DNA of 39,584 nucleotides from a virus (IMGVR_UViG_2585427708_000019), one strand, 5' to 3'; positions 27,038 to 36,853 are shown, counted from the stretch's first letter. Notes: generated by a model from the sequence alone, not told the origin. Numbers and translations: made by a program.

Positions 27038-28373
27038 CGGTCGTGGTGCGTTCCGTGGTGTGCCGTTCCTCGTCTGGCGTGAGCAGCGCGAACGTGGCGG
27101 GCGAAACATTGTCCGTCGGGAATATCCGTTACGGGAAACCGGTGGTGCAGACGATCTGGGACCTAAACTGGCTGAATTTACGTTCAGTGTACTTGTGATG
27201 GGGGATGATGTTCAGACACAGCGAAATCGTCTGCGTGATGCCCTTCGTGCTCCCGGTGCCGGGGAGCTGCTTCACCCGGATTACGGCACGTTAAATGTGC
27301 TGATAAACAGCTTTGAAAGTCGTTATAACGCTGCTGAACAGGGCGTGGTTGAGTTCACCATTAATGTCACGCCGGTAAGTGATGATACCGCACCTGCTGT
27401 CACACAGGACACGGCCGCCATTCTGGAGCAGAAGAGTACCACCGCGCTCGGGAAGGGTTTTGAAACCCTGGAAGCGGGCTGGACGGTGATTTCTGACGGA
27501 ATGCACGATGTCCAGGCAATGACCGAAACCATCAGCGATAAGGTGTCCGCCCTGGAAAATGCCGTTTCCGGCATGGGGATTGTACAGGATATCAGTGCCT
27601 TTACTGCCACGTTCACGGCGCTGAAAGGGAATGCCACGGCATTACTGACAGCACCTTCCCGCATGGCCTCATCTTTTGCGGGGCTTTTCAGTGCCCTGAT
27701 CACCCTGCCATCGCTGCCGTCACTGTCTTCAGGAGGCCTGAATACCCGGCCCGGTGGCAGTATCGGCCGGACGACATCCGCCTTCTCTCAGGGAATGCCG
27801 CAACTGTACAGGACATTATCTTCCCTGCGTTACGTGCTGGATGAGCAGGATAATCCGCAGACTCTCATCGGTCTGACACCGGCAGCACAAAAGAATATTC
27901 GTCTGATACGGGCGGTAATGCAGAGTGCTGCCGTGGTGGCCCAGGCACAGACCGTGGGAAAACTGCTGGATCAGGTTCTCAGTCAGGAAACCCTGCCGGA
28001 CAGTGACGCAGCCCACCGTACCTGGCCTGTCTGGCTGGAAAGTTCAGTTGATCTTCAGCGCATTAACCGTGACTTAAGCGAAGCGCTCGAACGGCAGGTG
28101 ATGACACTGTCCGGGCAGGGGTATACCGCCACGGCGCTGACGCTTCGTGATGCCAGACTGGCACTGACAGAGGATCTGAATACACGGGGAGTTCAGCTAC
28201 CCGGTGCAACAGTAGTGACTGTACGTACCACCGAGCCTGCACTGGTGACCCTGTACCGTGCCACCGGGAACAGTACCGGCTGGCAACGTTTTGTGCGCCG
28301 TAACGGTATTGTTGATCCGCTGTTCATTCCCGGAGGCCATTCAGTGGAGGTGATTAGTGAGCAGCAGGGTTGA
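27024..28373 (+). CDS. DNA circularisation protein (Mu N-like)
   Basis: About 450 aa after the tape measure; ATG at 27024 (MASGDGRGAFRGVPFLVW). Confidence 0.65.
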   Translation: MASGDGRGAFRGVPFLVWREQRERGGRNIVRREYPLRETGGADDLGPKLAEFTFSVLVMGDDVQTQRNRLRDALRAPGAGELLHPDYGTLNVLINSFESRYNAAEQGVVEFTINVTPVSDDTAPAVTQDTAAILEQKSTTALGKGFETLEAGWTVISDGMHDVQAMTETISDKVSALENAVSGMGIVQDISAFTATFTALKGNATALLTAPSRMASSFAGLFSALITLPSLPSLSSGGLNTRPGGSIGRTTSAFSQGMPQLYRTLSSLRYVLDEQDNPQTLIGLTPAAQKNIRLIRAVMQSAAVVAQAQTVGKLLDQVLSQETLPDSDAAHRTWPVWLESSVDLQRINRDLSEALERQVMTLSGQGYTATALTLRDARLALTEDLNTRGVQLPGATVVTVRTTEPALVTLYRATGNSTGWQRFVRRNGIVDPLFIPGGHSVEVISEQQG

Positions 28374-29481
28374 ACTGTATCTGGGCGGTGAGATTTTTTC
28401 CGGCTGGCTGACGGTGAGTGTTCGTCGCTCTCTTGAACATCTGGCGGGCTCCTTTGAACTGGGGGTAATGATGCCCGGTGTACGCCTTCCGTCATCCGTC
28501 CGTGCCGGTCAGTCTCTGGAATTGCGCATTGACGGTCAGCCTGTGATCACTGGCTGGCTGGATCAGGTCCGGCAGCGCATCAGCGCCACGCGTTTTCAGA
28601 TCACGCTCAGCGGACGGGATAAAACCGGTGACCTGGTGGACTGTTCAGCCATTCATCCGGGCAGCCAGTGGAGGAACCGCACGCTGGAGCACATTGCTTC
28701 AGATTTGTGTGCTCCGTTCGGGGTCACGGTGCGCTGGCAGGTAAATGATGCAACGGCAGCCCGGCCCTTTTCCACCTTCACACTGGAAAACTCAGAAACC
28801 GTGGCAGATGCGCTGACACGGGCCGCGAGACACAGAGGCGTCCTGGTAACCAGTAATGCCGCCGGTGAACTGGTTTTCACTCAGGCCGGCAGTCAGCGTG
28901 GCGACACGCTGACGCTGGGCGAAAATCTGCTGGATTTGGATCACAACGTGGATCACCGTCTGCGCCACAGTGAATACCGTGTACGGGGGCACGGGCGTGG
29001 TGGTGGTCATGCCGGGGATGCACTGACAGCCGGAACGCTGGCCGCACCCGTTGGTACGGTGACAGACAGTGCCATCCACCGTTACAGACCGAAAATTGTG
29101 CTGGCGGATCATGCTGTTGATGCAGACGGTGCACGCCAGAGGGCTGTCCGGGAAATGCGCCGGGCGGTTGCCCGCTCTGTGCGCCTGACAGCCACCGTGC
29201 GGCACTGGTTTCGGGAGAACGGCCAGTTGTGGGATATCAACCTGCTGACGGCTGTCACGGCTCCCCGCACCGGAGTGGAAGAGCGTGATCTTCTTGTCTG
29301 TCAGGTGGAGTTTTCGCTGGATGCAAATCACGGCGAAACCACCCGTCTGATTCTGGCACCCCGTGACGGCTTTATTGTTCCGGCAGAGCCGGGAAACAGC
29401 GGAAGCGGAAATGCGGGTGACGTGGACGCCTTCGTGCGGGCACAGATGAAAAAACAGGGGATTAAATTCAATGATGAATGA
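28357..29481 (+). CDS. Baseplate/tail protein (Mu P-like)
   Basis: 374 aa with GTG start overlapping the N-like gene; size matches Mu P. Confidence 0.65.
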   Translation: MSSRVELYLGGEIFSGWLTVSVRRSLEHLAGSFELGVMMPGVRLPSSVRAGQSLELRIDGQPVITGWLDQVRQRISATRFQITLSGRDKTGDLVDCSAIHPGSQWRNRTLEHIASDLCAPFGVTVRWQVNDATAARPFSTFTLENSETVADALTRAARHRGVLVTSNAAGELVFTQAGSQRGDTLTLGENLLDLDHNVDHRLRHSEYRVRGHGRGGGHAGDALTAGTLAAPVGTVTDSAIHRYRPKIVLADHAVDADGARQRAVREMRRAVARSVRLTATVRHWFRENGQLWDINLLTAVTAPRTGVEERDLLVCQVEFSLDANHGETTRLILAPRDGFIVPAEPGNSGSGNAGDVDAFVRAQMKKQGIKFNDE

Positions 29482-30085
29482 CGAAGTCATCAGCCGCCTT
29501 CTGGCCCCCGTGATGCGGGGTGTTCGTCTGCTGTTCGGGCGTGGTGTACTGACCGGCACAACGGACACGCTGAAAATCCAGAATGTGCAAATCACCGGTA
29601 TGGATGGTGAAACCTTTGATGACGTTGAACGCCCCCAGCAGTACGGGCAAATCAGCGTCCCCCTGCCTGGTGCGGAAGTTTTTCTGGCCTGTGCTGGCGG
29701 ACAACGGGATCAGGCCGTGGTGCTTGTGGTGGAAGACCGCCGCAGTCGCCCGACCGGACTTACCGCCGGAGATACCGGCGTGTATCACCATGAGGGGCAC
29801 CGTATACGTCTGACAAAGAACGGCCGGATCATTGTGACCTGTAAGACGCTGGAGATTTACGCCGATGAAGGTGTTCAGGTGGATACACCGGAGGCTCACT
29901 TTACCGGTAATGTCACAGTGGATAAGAACCTGCATGTCAAAGGCAATGTGTCCATTGACGGCACCGGAAGATCACAGGGGACGTTCACGATGTCCGAAGC
30001 GGTTATTGCCGGGATCACCTATTCAGGTCATGTGCATCACGATAACGGTGAAGGCAGCAAAACGGGAGGACCAGAGAATGGCTGA
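29471..30085 (+). CDS. Baseplate assembly protein (Mu gp45-like)
   Basis: 204 aa; position in the baseplate cluster. Confidence 0.65.
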   Translation: MMNDEVISRLLAPVMRGVRLLFGRGVLTGTTDTLKIQNVQITGMDGETFDDVERPQQYGQISVPLPGAEVFLACAGGQRDQAVVLVVEDRRSRPTGLTAGDTGVYHHEGHRIRLTKNGRIIVTCKTLEIYADEGVQVDTPEAHFTGNVTVDKNLHVKGNVSIDGTGRSQGTFTMSEAVIAGITYSGHVHHDNGEGSKTGGPENG

Positions 30086-30515
30086 TATTGCTGTCGTCTG
30101 GGATCAGGGTTGCGGTTCCCTGCAACTGAACGGCGCAGATCTTCTGACGGATAACAGCCTGCTGACTGCGGTCATTATTTCACTGTTTACGGACAGGCGG
30201 GCGCTGGATTCCGATGAAATCCCTGACGGCACCCGTGACCGTCGGGGATGGTGGGGAGACAGTTTCCGGGAGCGCCCCGTTGGCTCCCGTCTCTGGCTGT
30301 TAAGCCGTGAAAAGACGCTGTCCTCCGTGGTCAGCCGTGCACAGGCCTATGCTGATGAAGCGCTGGCGTGGCTGCATAAAAGCGGTGCTGCCACATCCGT
30401 GGTATGTCATGCCATGCGTGTGGGGCATGCTCGCCTTTCGCTTTCCGTGAAAATCACCCTGCCGGACGGAAGCAGACATCCGATGATTTTTTATGCTGAT
30501 ATGAAGGGGGAATGA
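30078..30515 (+). CDS. Baseplate protein (Mu gp46-like)
   Basis: ATG at 30078 with GGGAGGA RBS gives MADIAVVWDQGCG...; about 145 aa. Confidence 0.65.
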   Translation: MADIAVVWDQGCGSLQLNGADLLTDNSLLTAVIISLFTDRRALDSDEIPDGTRDRRGWWGDSFRERPVGSRLWLLSREKTLSSVVSRAQAYADEALAWLHKSGAATSVVCHAMRVGHARLSLSVKITLPDGSRHPMIFYADMKGE

Positions 30516-31597
30516 TGCCTTATCAGCCCTTACCACTGGCGCAACTGATCACACAGACACAACAGGATATCAGCCAGCGCCTGCCCGGTTCGCAGCCGGG
30601 CGTGAATGAAACCACCCTGAATGCCATTGCGTATGCACTGGCGGGTCTGTCAGCACAGGAGCATGAACATCTGGCCTGGATCTCCCGGCAGATAATTCCG
30701 ACAGAAGCTGATGAAGCCGAACTCCTGAAACACTGCGCATTCTGGGGTGTCATCCGTAAACCGGCTTCCCGCGCTGACGGACCGGTACAACTGATGCTGA
30801 CCACGGATGCAGGGATCACGGAAGGCGTACTCCTTCAGCGAAGCGATGGGGTTGTGTACCGCATCACCGGCTCTGCGACCGGAAAAGCCGGAACACTGAA
30901 TGTTAATGTGGAGGCGGAAAGTGCGGGGCGCGCTGGAAATACCCCGACCGGAACCCGCCTGTCCTTTATCACGCCACAGGCGGGCATCAACCAGACAGCC
31001 ACGGTCACCGGCACGGGACTCACCGGTGGTGCGGATGTGGAAACGGTGCCGGAGTTGCTGTCCAGGCTGGTATTCCGGGTACAGAACCCGCCATCAGGGG
31101 GAACACAGTATGATTTTGAACGCTGGGCACGGGAAGTACCGGGCGTGACGCGGGCATGGTGTAAGCCTGAATGGCCTGAGGCGGGTAGTGTTGGTGTGAC
31201 TTTTGTTCAGGATAATAACCCTGACATTTTCCCCGGAGAAGGTGATGTGAAGCGGGTGGCGGATTATATCCGCAGTCATGATGATCCGGCGACGGGCCAG
31301 CCCGTTGGTCAGCCACTTGGGCCGACAATCAGCGTGTTTAAGCTGACCAATAAGCCGGTGGCGTTTGAGATCAGGATTGTACCCAAAACGCCGGAAAATC
31401 AGGCTGCCGTAAAACAGGCATTAACAGACCTGCTTTATAACGAATCGCGGCCGGGTGGACTTGTATTGCCTTCATCATTCTGGCGGGCTGTTGCAGGGGT
31501 GAAAGGACTGGAGGATTTTGAAGTTCGCAGCCCGCTGAAGTCCGTGATGGCCGGAGATACAGAGTTGCTGACCGTGGGGGAAATCACATGGCTGTAA
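30512..31597 (+). CDS. Baseplate J-like protein (Mu gp47-like)
   Basis: 361 aa; position before the fibre genes. Confidence 0.7.
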   Translation: MMPYQPLPLAQLITQTQQDISQRLPGSQPGVNETTLNAIAYALAGLSAQEHEHLAWISRQIIPTEADEAELLKHCAFWGVIRKPASRADGPVQLMLTTDAGITEGVLLQRSDGVVYRITGSATGKAGTLNVNVEAESAGRAGNTPTGTRLSFITPQAGINQTATVTGTGLTGGADVETVPELLSRLVFRVQNPPSGGTQYDFERWAREVPGVTRAWCKPEWPEAGSVGVTFVQDNNPDIFPGEGDVKRVADYIRSHDDPATGQPVGQPLGPTISVFKLTNKPVAFEIRIVPKTPENQAAVKQALTDLLYNESRPGGLVLPSSFWRAVAGVKGLEDFEVRSPLKSVMAGDTELLTVGEITWL

Positions 31598-32148
31598 CCC
31601 TGACCCCGCATCAGCGCGCCCTGTTGCAGTTGCTGCCTGACGGGCTGGCATGGGATAAGCGGCCGTCATCCGTTCTTGCGGCTTTGTGCCTGGGCCTCAG
31701 TCATTCCACGGAGCGTGTTTCCTGGACCGGTAACCAGATGCTGGCAGAACGTTTTCCTGATTCATCCCGTCTGCTGCTGGAAGACTGGGAGCGTTATCTG
31801 GGGTTACCGGAATGTGATATGACCGGCGCAACCATTCAGGAGCGTCAGCGTTATGCCGGGAATAAATACCGGATGAAACCCTCTCTTAACCGTGAATTTT
31901 ATATCCGGTTTGCGGCAGAGTTTGGTTATGAAATAGATATTCAGCCATCACCGGATTCACAGTGGGTCAGTATTGTCACGATTAACAGTGAAACCGGCTA
32001 CCGGAATATGAATGTGCTGGATGATATTCTCACGCCGCTGCGTATTTATGAAGGCGGTGCGCTGGAATGTATTCTGAACCGTTATAAGCCTGCATGGCAG
32101 ACGTTTATTTACGTATATGCAAACAGTCACGAAGAGGAGAATATTTAA
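31588..32148 (+). CDS. Tail protein (Mu gp48-like)
   Basis: 186 aa immediately upstream of the tail fibre gene. Confidence 0.65.
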   Translation: MAVTLTPHQRALLQLLPDGLAWDKRPSSVLAALCLGLSHSTERVSWTGNQMLAERFPDSSRLLLEDWERYLGLPECDMTGATIQERQRYAGNKYRMKPSLNREFYIRFAAEFGYEIDIQPSPDSQWVSIVTINSETGYRNMNVLDDILTPLRIYEGGALECILNRYKPAWQTFIYVYANSHEEENI

Positions 32149-33059
32149 TGTTCCATGTTGATAATAATTCCGGCGTGGCGAATATGCCTGCGCTGGCACC
32201 GGCGCAGAGTAATACCACCACCTGGTTTACCGAAGGTGACGGACAAAAAGGTATCAGCTGGATTGGTCAGGACTGGCTGAATATTCTCCAGGCCGAACTG
32301 CTGAATATTCTGGCTGAAGCCAGTATTCAGCCGGATAAGGCGCAGTTAAACCAGCTTACGCTGTCCATTAAAGCCATTATCGCTGCGAATGCCTTTTCCC
32401 GGAAAAACAACCTGAAAGAAATTGCTGATGCCGGTGCGGAAGCCCAGCGTCTTGCCCGTGGTTATCTTGGTCTTGGGGCGCTTGCCACAAAAAACAGTCT
32501 TGGTCCCGGTGACGTTAATGCTCTGGCGAAGGATCAGAACCTTGCCGACCTGGAGAATGCGGGAACCGCCCGTAATAATCTGGATGTTTACAGCAAAAGC
32601 GAAGGTGATAACCGTTACCTGCGCAGGGAGCAGAACGGCGCAGACATTCCGGATAAAGGCGCTTTTATCGATAACGTTGGTTTACGGGAAACGGTAAATA
32701 AGGCTGCTGATGCCCTGCCATCGGGTGGAACCGCCGTGGCAGCAAACAGACTCGCCACCCCAAGAAATATTAATGGTGTTCCTTTTGACGGAACGCTGGA
32801 TATCAACATCACGTCAGGAATGACGCAGTCAACCGCAGATGGCCGGTATGTACAGAATGTTCAGCTTGGAGCACAGAGCTATCATTCACCCGGAGGCAAT
32901 GAAATGTCATGGAATTACAGCGCACCTTCCGGTTGTATGCTTTCCGGAATTAACGTGCAGGAAACCGGCTCCCGGTCTGCGGACAATATCGGTGGGGTCT
33001 ATTATCGCCCGGTTCAGATTTATATTAATAATGCCTGGAGAACGGTAAGTTCAGTGTAA
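32148..33059 (+). CDS. Tail fibre protein S (constant N-terminus plus variable C-terminus inside the invertible segment)
   Basis: ATG at 32148 with GAGGAGA RBS; C-terminal about 123 aa lie downstream of gixL and are paralogous to the minus-strand S'v cassette (shared ...YYRPVQ...W.T.SS C-termini). Confidence 0.75.
   Translation: MFHVDNNSGVANMPALAPAQSNTTTWFTEGDGQKGISWIGQDWLNILQAELLNILAEASIQPDKAQLNQLTLSIKAIIAANAFSRKNNLKEIADAGAEAQRLARGYLGLGALATKNSLGPGDVNALAKDQNLADLENAGTARNNLDVYSKSEGDNRYLRREQNGADIPDKGAFIDNVGLRETVNKAADALPSGGTAVAANRLATPRNINGVPFDGTLDINITSGMTQSTADGRYVQNVQLGAQSYHSPGGNEMSWNYSAPSGCMLSGINVQETGSRSADNIGGVYYRPVQIYINNAWRTVSSV
32665..32690 (+). promoter_or_regulatory. gixL-like recombination site inside S
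   Basis: TTATCGATAACG-TT-GGTTTACGGGAA; compare Mu gix TTATCCAAAACC-TC-GGTTTACAGGAA. Right half-site encodes the conserved G-L-R at the constant/variable junction. Confidence 0.6.
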
Positions 33060-33070
33060 ACCACAGAAAA

Positions 33071-33087
33071 GGGTGCTGAATGCACCC
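33071..33087. terminator. Bidirectional stem-loop between convergent S and U'
   Basis: GGGTGC-tgaat-GCACCC hairpin in the 34-bp gap between the 3' ends of convergent genes. Confidence 0.45.
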
Positions 33088-33093
33088 TCTGAA

Positions 33094-33615
33094 TTATTCC
33101 GGTTTTTCCGGCCAGGGAATCGCCTGGTAATGCCCCTCACTGGCAATATCATTAAAGTGCATTTCTTTAAGCTGTCGGATATACGCCATCCAGCGCGTCA
33201 GCTGTAATTTATTTTCATCGCTAATCATGTCCAGTTTTAATTCCGTTTTCCAGTCATCCACAGTTTCGTTGGCTTCCTGGAGCAGCGATGAGCGGCGCTT
33301 TTCAGCAACCGTCTTCCAGTTTACCGGCACCTTTGATATCAGGCCATCAGAAAACTGCCAGTTACCGTCAATATTCACACCTTCCGGCAGTTCGTCCACT
33401 TCAACAACAGTAAAACCTGCCGGATATAAAGCAGAGACATCTTCAGCAACAGAGCAGATAATACCCGTTACAGGCGAAATACAGAGTTTGTATTTCTTTG
33501 TGAAAAGCGGGATAGATTCATAAAAATCCCTTCCGTCCTCACTCTGGAAATACTGAACATCCTCACCATAGGGTTTGTGTTCCGGGTAATATCGTTTTAC
33601 GTTAATAAGCTCCAT
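33094..33615 (-). CDS. Tail fibre assembly chaperone (U'-like), inside the invertible segment
   Basis: ATG at 33615 with AAGGTG RBS (MELINVKRYYPEHKPYGEDVQYF...); sits immediately downstream of S'v on the minus strand. Confidence 0.7.
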   Translation of the reverse strand: MELINVKRYYPEHKPYGEDVQYFQSEDGRDFYESIPLFTKKYKLCISPVTGIICSVAEDVSALYPAGFTVVEVDELPEGVNIDGNWQFSDGLISKVPVNWKTVAEKRRSSLLQEANETVDDWKTELKLDMISDENKLQLTRWMAYIRQLKEMHFNDIASEGHYQAIPWPEKPE

Positions 33616-33694
33616 TATTTCACCTTGTTTTTGTTGAAAAGACAAAATCATCATATATTTATTCAGATAATCTGTTTTTTGAACTACTGCACTT

Positions 33695-34038
33695 TTATGC
33701 GCTGGAAGCTGTTTTCCACGAACCATCTATCAGAAACTGAACAGGTCGATAATATGCGGTTACCGTTGCATTACCATCACCAGCGACATCAAGCCCTGTA
33801 AGTACGCATCCGTCAGGAACCTCAAAAATATTATATTGCATTCCAATCGTTGACCTTGAACCTCTTCGAATGCTTTGAACATAACGTGAGTCAGCCACAG
33901 ACTGCGTCATCCCCGATGTAATATTTATATCCTGCGTTCCGTCAAATGGGACACCATTAATATTTCTTGGAGTGGCGAGTTTATTCGCTGCAACAGCCGC
34001 TCCGTTCGATGGCAGGGCATTCGCGGCCCTGTTTACAG
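33695..34038 (-). other. S'v: promoter-less alternative tail-fibre C-terminal cassette
   Basis: Minus-strand open frame through gixR reads ...FGLRDTVNRAANALPSNGAAVAANKLATPRNINGVPFDGTQDINITSGMTQSVADSRYVQ...YYRPVQFLIDGSWKTASSA, paralogous to the S C-terminus. Confidence 0.7.
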
Positions 34039-34066
34039 TATCCCGTAAACCGAAGGTTTCAGGGAT
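34039..34066 (-). promoter_or_regulatory. gixR-like recombination site, inverted relative to gixL
   Basis: Minus strand reads ATCCCTGAAACC-T-TC-GGTTTACGGGAT; shares the GGTTTACGGGA half-site with gixL but appears to carry one extra base between half-site and core. Confidence 0.55.
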
Positions 34067-34120
34067 GCCGTATATCTGCTTTAAAAGGCCTTTCCACCTC
34101 TTTTTAAGGAAGGTAAATAC

Positions 34121-34681
34121 ATGCTGATTGGCTATATACGCGTATCAACAAATGACCAGAACACAGGTTTACAAAGAAATGCGCTGGAATGTGCAGGATG
34201 TGAGCAGATTTTTGAAGATAAAATGAGTGGTAAAACGACACAGCGGCCGGGACTGAAGCGGGCACTGAAGAAACTAAAACCCGGTGACACACTGATGGTC
34301 TGGAAACTGGACAGGCTGGGGCGCAGTATGCGCCACCTTGTTGCGCTGACAGATGAATTACAGCAACAGGGGATAAATTTTCGTAGTCTTACTGACAACA
34401 TTGATACGTCAACCCCCATGGGGCGCTTCTTTTTTCACATAATGGGTGCGCTGGCAGAAATGGAGCGTGAATTAATTGTCGAACGGACACGGGCTGGTCT
34501 TGCAGCTGCCCGTGAAAGGGGACGAACCGGCGGCAGACCCCGTCGTCTCACGCAGGAACAATACGAGCAGGTCGGGCGTTTACTGGCCGGGGGTGTCAGT
34601 CGAAGACAGGTGGCACTTATTTTTGATATCGGCCTTTCAACCCTTTATCGTTATTATCCTGCGAGCGTTTCGGAAAAATAA
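34121..34681 (+). CDS. gin: Serine recombinase / DNA invertase Gin
   Basis: 186 aa; MLIGYIRVSTNDQNTGLQRNALECAGCEQIFEDKMSG...VWKLDRLGRSM...FRSLTD...MGRFFFHIMGALAEMEREL closely matches recalled Mu Gin; AGGAAGG RBS. Confidence 0.92.
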   Translation: MLIGYIRVSTNDQNTGLQRNALECAGCEQIFEDKMSGKTTQRPGLKRALKKLKPGDTLMVWKLDRLGRSMRHLVALTDELQQQGINFRSLTDNIDTSTPMGRFFFHIMGALAEMERELIVERTRAGLAAARERGRTGGRPRRLTQEQYEQVGRLLAGGVSRRQVALIFDIGLSTLYRYYPASVSEK

Positions 34682-34780
34682 GACGCTCTCTTTGTTGGGC
34701 CTTTACTGAATTAACGCAAAATGGCGTTTATCGGTCTGTGGATATGATAATTCAGTTTATTCAGGAACAGGCTGATTATT

Positions 34781-36820
34781 ATGACGTCCAAATGGGTTCA
34801 ACTATCATCAATGCCCGGAAACTTTACTGTTAAAGTTTCCGGTGGTACAGCGGCATTTCTTGAGGCTCCCTTTCCTCCGGCCGAAACAAAAGGAGGAATG
34901 ACATTTGCTGACTGTCTCATCAGTTTTAATACACGGGATTGCCTGTGGGTAAGGCCAGTATCCGGTGATCCGAGTGTGGAAATTACCGGAGCGGGTATTG
35001 GTGCGGTCATTCCGTTAAGTGCTGATGTTGCCGGTACTGCTGAACCGTCAGACTGGGATAATGCTGAAACACATACCCGTCCGTCAGGAAATGAAACTGC
35101 TTCCAGCTCCCCTTCCTGGTATTACGTGGTGGTTCTTGCTGGTCAGTCAAACGGTATGGCTTACGGTGAAGGTCTGCCACTGCCGGAGACATATGACCGC
35201 CCCGAACCGCGTATTATGCAGTTAGCCCGTCGCAGTACAGTCACGCCGGGAGGTAAAGCCTGTCAGTATAACGACATCATTCTGGCCGACCACTGTCTGC
35301 ATGATGTGCAGGATATGAGTGGAAAAAATCACCCGAAAGCGGATGTGGCTAAAGGGCAATATGGCACCGTGGGTCAGGGGCTTCACATTGCCAAAAAACT
35401 GCTGCCGTTTATTCCGGCAGATGCGGGGATTCTGCTGGTTCCCTGCTGCCGTGGTGGTTCTGCATTCACGGCGGGTGCTGACGGCACGTACAGTGACAGC
35501 ACGGGTGCTTCAGAGGACTCAGCCCGCTGGGGTGTGGATAAGCCGCTGTATAAGGACTTAATCAGCCGGACAAAAGCGGCACTGGCGAAGAACCCGAAAA
35601 ACCGCCTGCTTGCTGTGGTGTGGATGCAGGGCGAGTTTGATATTGATGCGAAGCCGACGGAGCATTCCGCGCTGTTTCTGGCGATGGTGGAAAAATTCCG
35701 CGCAGACCTGGCTGAACAGGCGGAACAGTGTACCGGTGGCAGTGCTGCTGGCGTTCCGTGGATTTGTGGCGATACCACGTATTTCTGGAAACAGAAAAAT
35801 GAACCGGCATACCAGGCAATCTATGGCGGCTACAAAAACAAAACAGATAAAAACATTCATTTCGTTCCATTAATGACAGATGAAAATGACGCGAATGTAC
35901 CCACCAACAATCCGGCAGAAGACCCGGATATTGAATCCATTGGTTATTACGGCTCAACGTGGCGTAACAGTGCCGCCACCTGGACATCTGCGGACCGGGC
36001 CAGCCATTTCAGTTCATGGGCACGTCGTGGGATTATTTCCGACCGTCTGGCCACGGCAGTTCTGACTCATGCGGGGCGAACCACAGTAAAAGCCGATGTT
36101 CCATCTTCTGAAACTGAAGCACCAGTGCCGTCACCTTCAGAAACTGAAGCAGTAACCACAACACTGCTGTCTTATCGTGTCAGTGAGTCAGAAGGAAATC
36201 TGAAAGCCCAGGGCTGGGAGCCGGCTGGCGGTAAAGCTGAAATTATCAGTGATGCAGGAGGCACAGGTGGTAAGGCAATGAAACTGACCAAGGAAACAGG
36301 TAAATCATCCTGGTATCTGGATCATGATGCCGGTACTGGTGCTGAACTGCTGAAAAATGGTGGTTTAATCAGTTGTCGTTTTAAAGTACCTGGCGACCTG
36401 GTGGCAAACCAGTATGTCATGGGGCTTTACTGGCCGGTTTCCTCTCTGCCGCAGGGTGTCACCCTGACAGGGGATGCAGGGAATAATCTGCTGGCATCGT
36501 TCTACATCCAGACAGACGCAAAAGACCTGAATGTGATGTACCACAATGCAAAAGTGGCAACAAATAACCAGAAACTGGGAACCTTTGGTGCATTTGATAA
36601 TGAATGGCATACGCTGGCCTTCCGTTTTGCAGGAAATAACAGCCTTCAGGTTATTCCGGTTATTGATGGTCAGGATGGTGCCGCGTTTACCCTGACGCAG
36701 TCACCAGTAGGAACTTTCCCGGTGGACAAACTCCGCGTAACGGATATCACAAAAAATGCAACTTACCCGGTGCTGATTGACAGCATTGTGGTGGAAGTGA
36801 AAAAAGCGGTAACAGAATAA
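34781..36820 (+). CDS. Cargo protein with sialate-O-acetylesterase-like (SASA/SGNH) domain and C-terminal lectin-like domain; NanS-p-like
   Basis: 679 aa; esterase-type motif VVVLAGQSNGMAYGEG (GQSN) about 120 aa from the N-terminus; duplicated SETEA linker; C-terminal beta-rich domain. Lies between gin and com-mom where Mu has no gene. Confidence 0.6.
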   Translation: MTSKWVQLSSMPGNFTVKVSGGTAAFLEAPFPPAETKGGMTFADCLISFNTRDCLWVRPVSGDPSVEITGAGIGAVIPLSADVAGTAEPSDWDNAETHTRPSGNETASSSPSWYYVVVLAGQSNGMAYGEGLPLPETYDRPEPRIMQLARRSTVTPGGKACQYNDIILADHCLHDVQDMSGKNHPKADVAKGQYGTVGQGLHIAKKLLPFIPADAGILLVPCCRGGSAFTAGADGTYSDSTGASEDSARWGVDKPLYKDLISRTKAALAKNPKNRLLAVVWMQGEFDIDAKPTEHSALFLAMVEKFRADLAEQAEQCTGGSAAGVPWICGDTTYFWKQKNEPAYQAIYGGYKNKTDKNIHFVPLMTDENDANVPTNNPAEDPDIESIGYYGSTWRNSAATWTSADRASHFSSWARRGIISDRLATAVLTHAGRTTVKADVPSSETEAPVPSPSETEAVTTTLLSYRVSESEGNLKAQGWEPAGGKAEIISDAGGTGGKAMKLTKETGKSSWYLDHDAGTGAELLKNGGLISCRFKVPGDLVANQYVMGLYWPVSSLPQGVTLTGDAGNNLLASFYIQTDAKDLNVMYHNAKVATNNQKLGTFGAFDNEWHTLAFRFAGNNSLQVIPVIDGQDGAAFTLTQSPVGTFPVDKLRVTDITKNATYPVLIDSIVVEVKKAVTE

Positions 36821-36826
36821 AAAAAT

Positions 36827-36853
36827 CCCGCCGGTCATGATATGGCTGGCGGG
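36827..36853 (-). terminator. Stem-loop flanked by A7 (plus) / U-tract (minus) just after the esterase gene
   Basis: AAAAAAAT-CCCGCC(gg)...(ct)GGCGGG; the U-tract lies on the minus-strand side, so orientation is ambiguous. Confidence 0.35.

Noticed and set aside
33059-33094. Search for a plus-strand U chaperone gene directly downstream of S
   Set aside because: Only 34 bp separate the S stop from the 3' end of the convergent U' gene, so no plus-strand chaperone gene exists in this orientation; reported as a finding about the segment rather than a feature.
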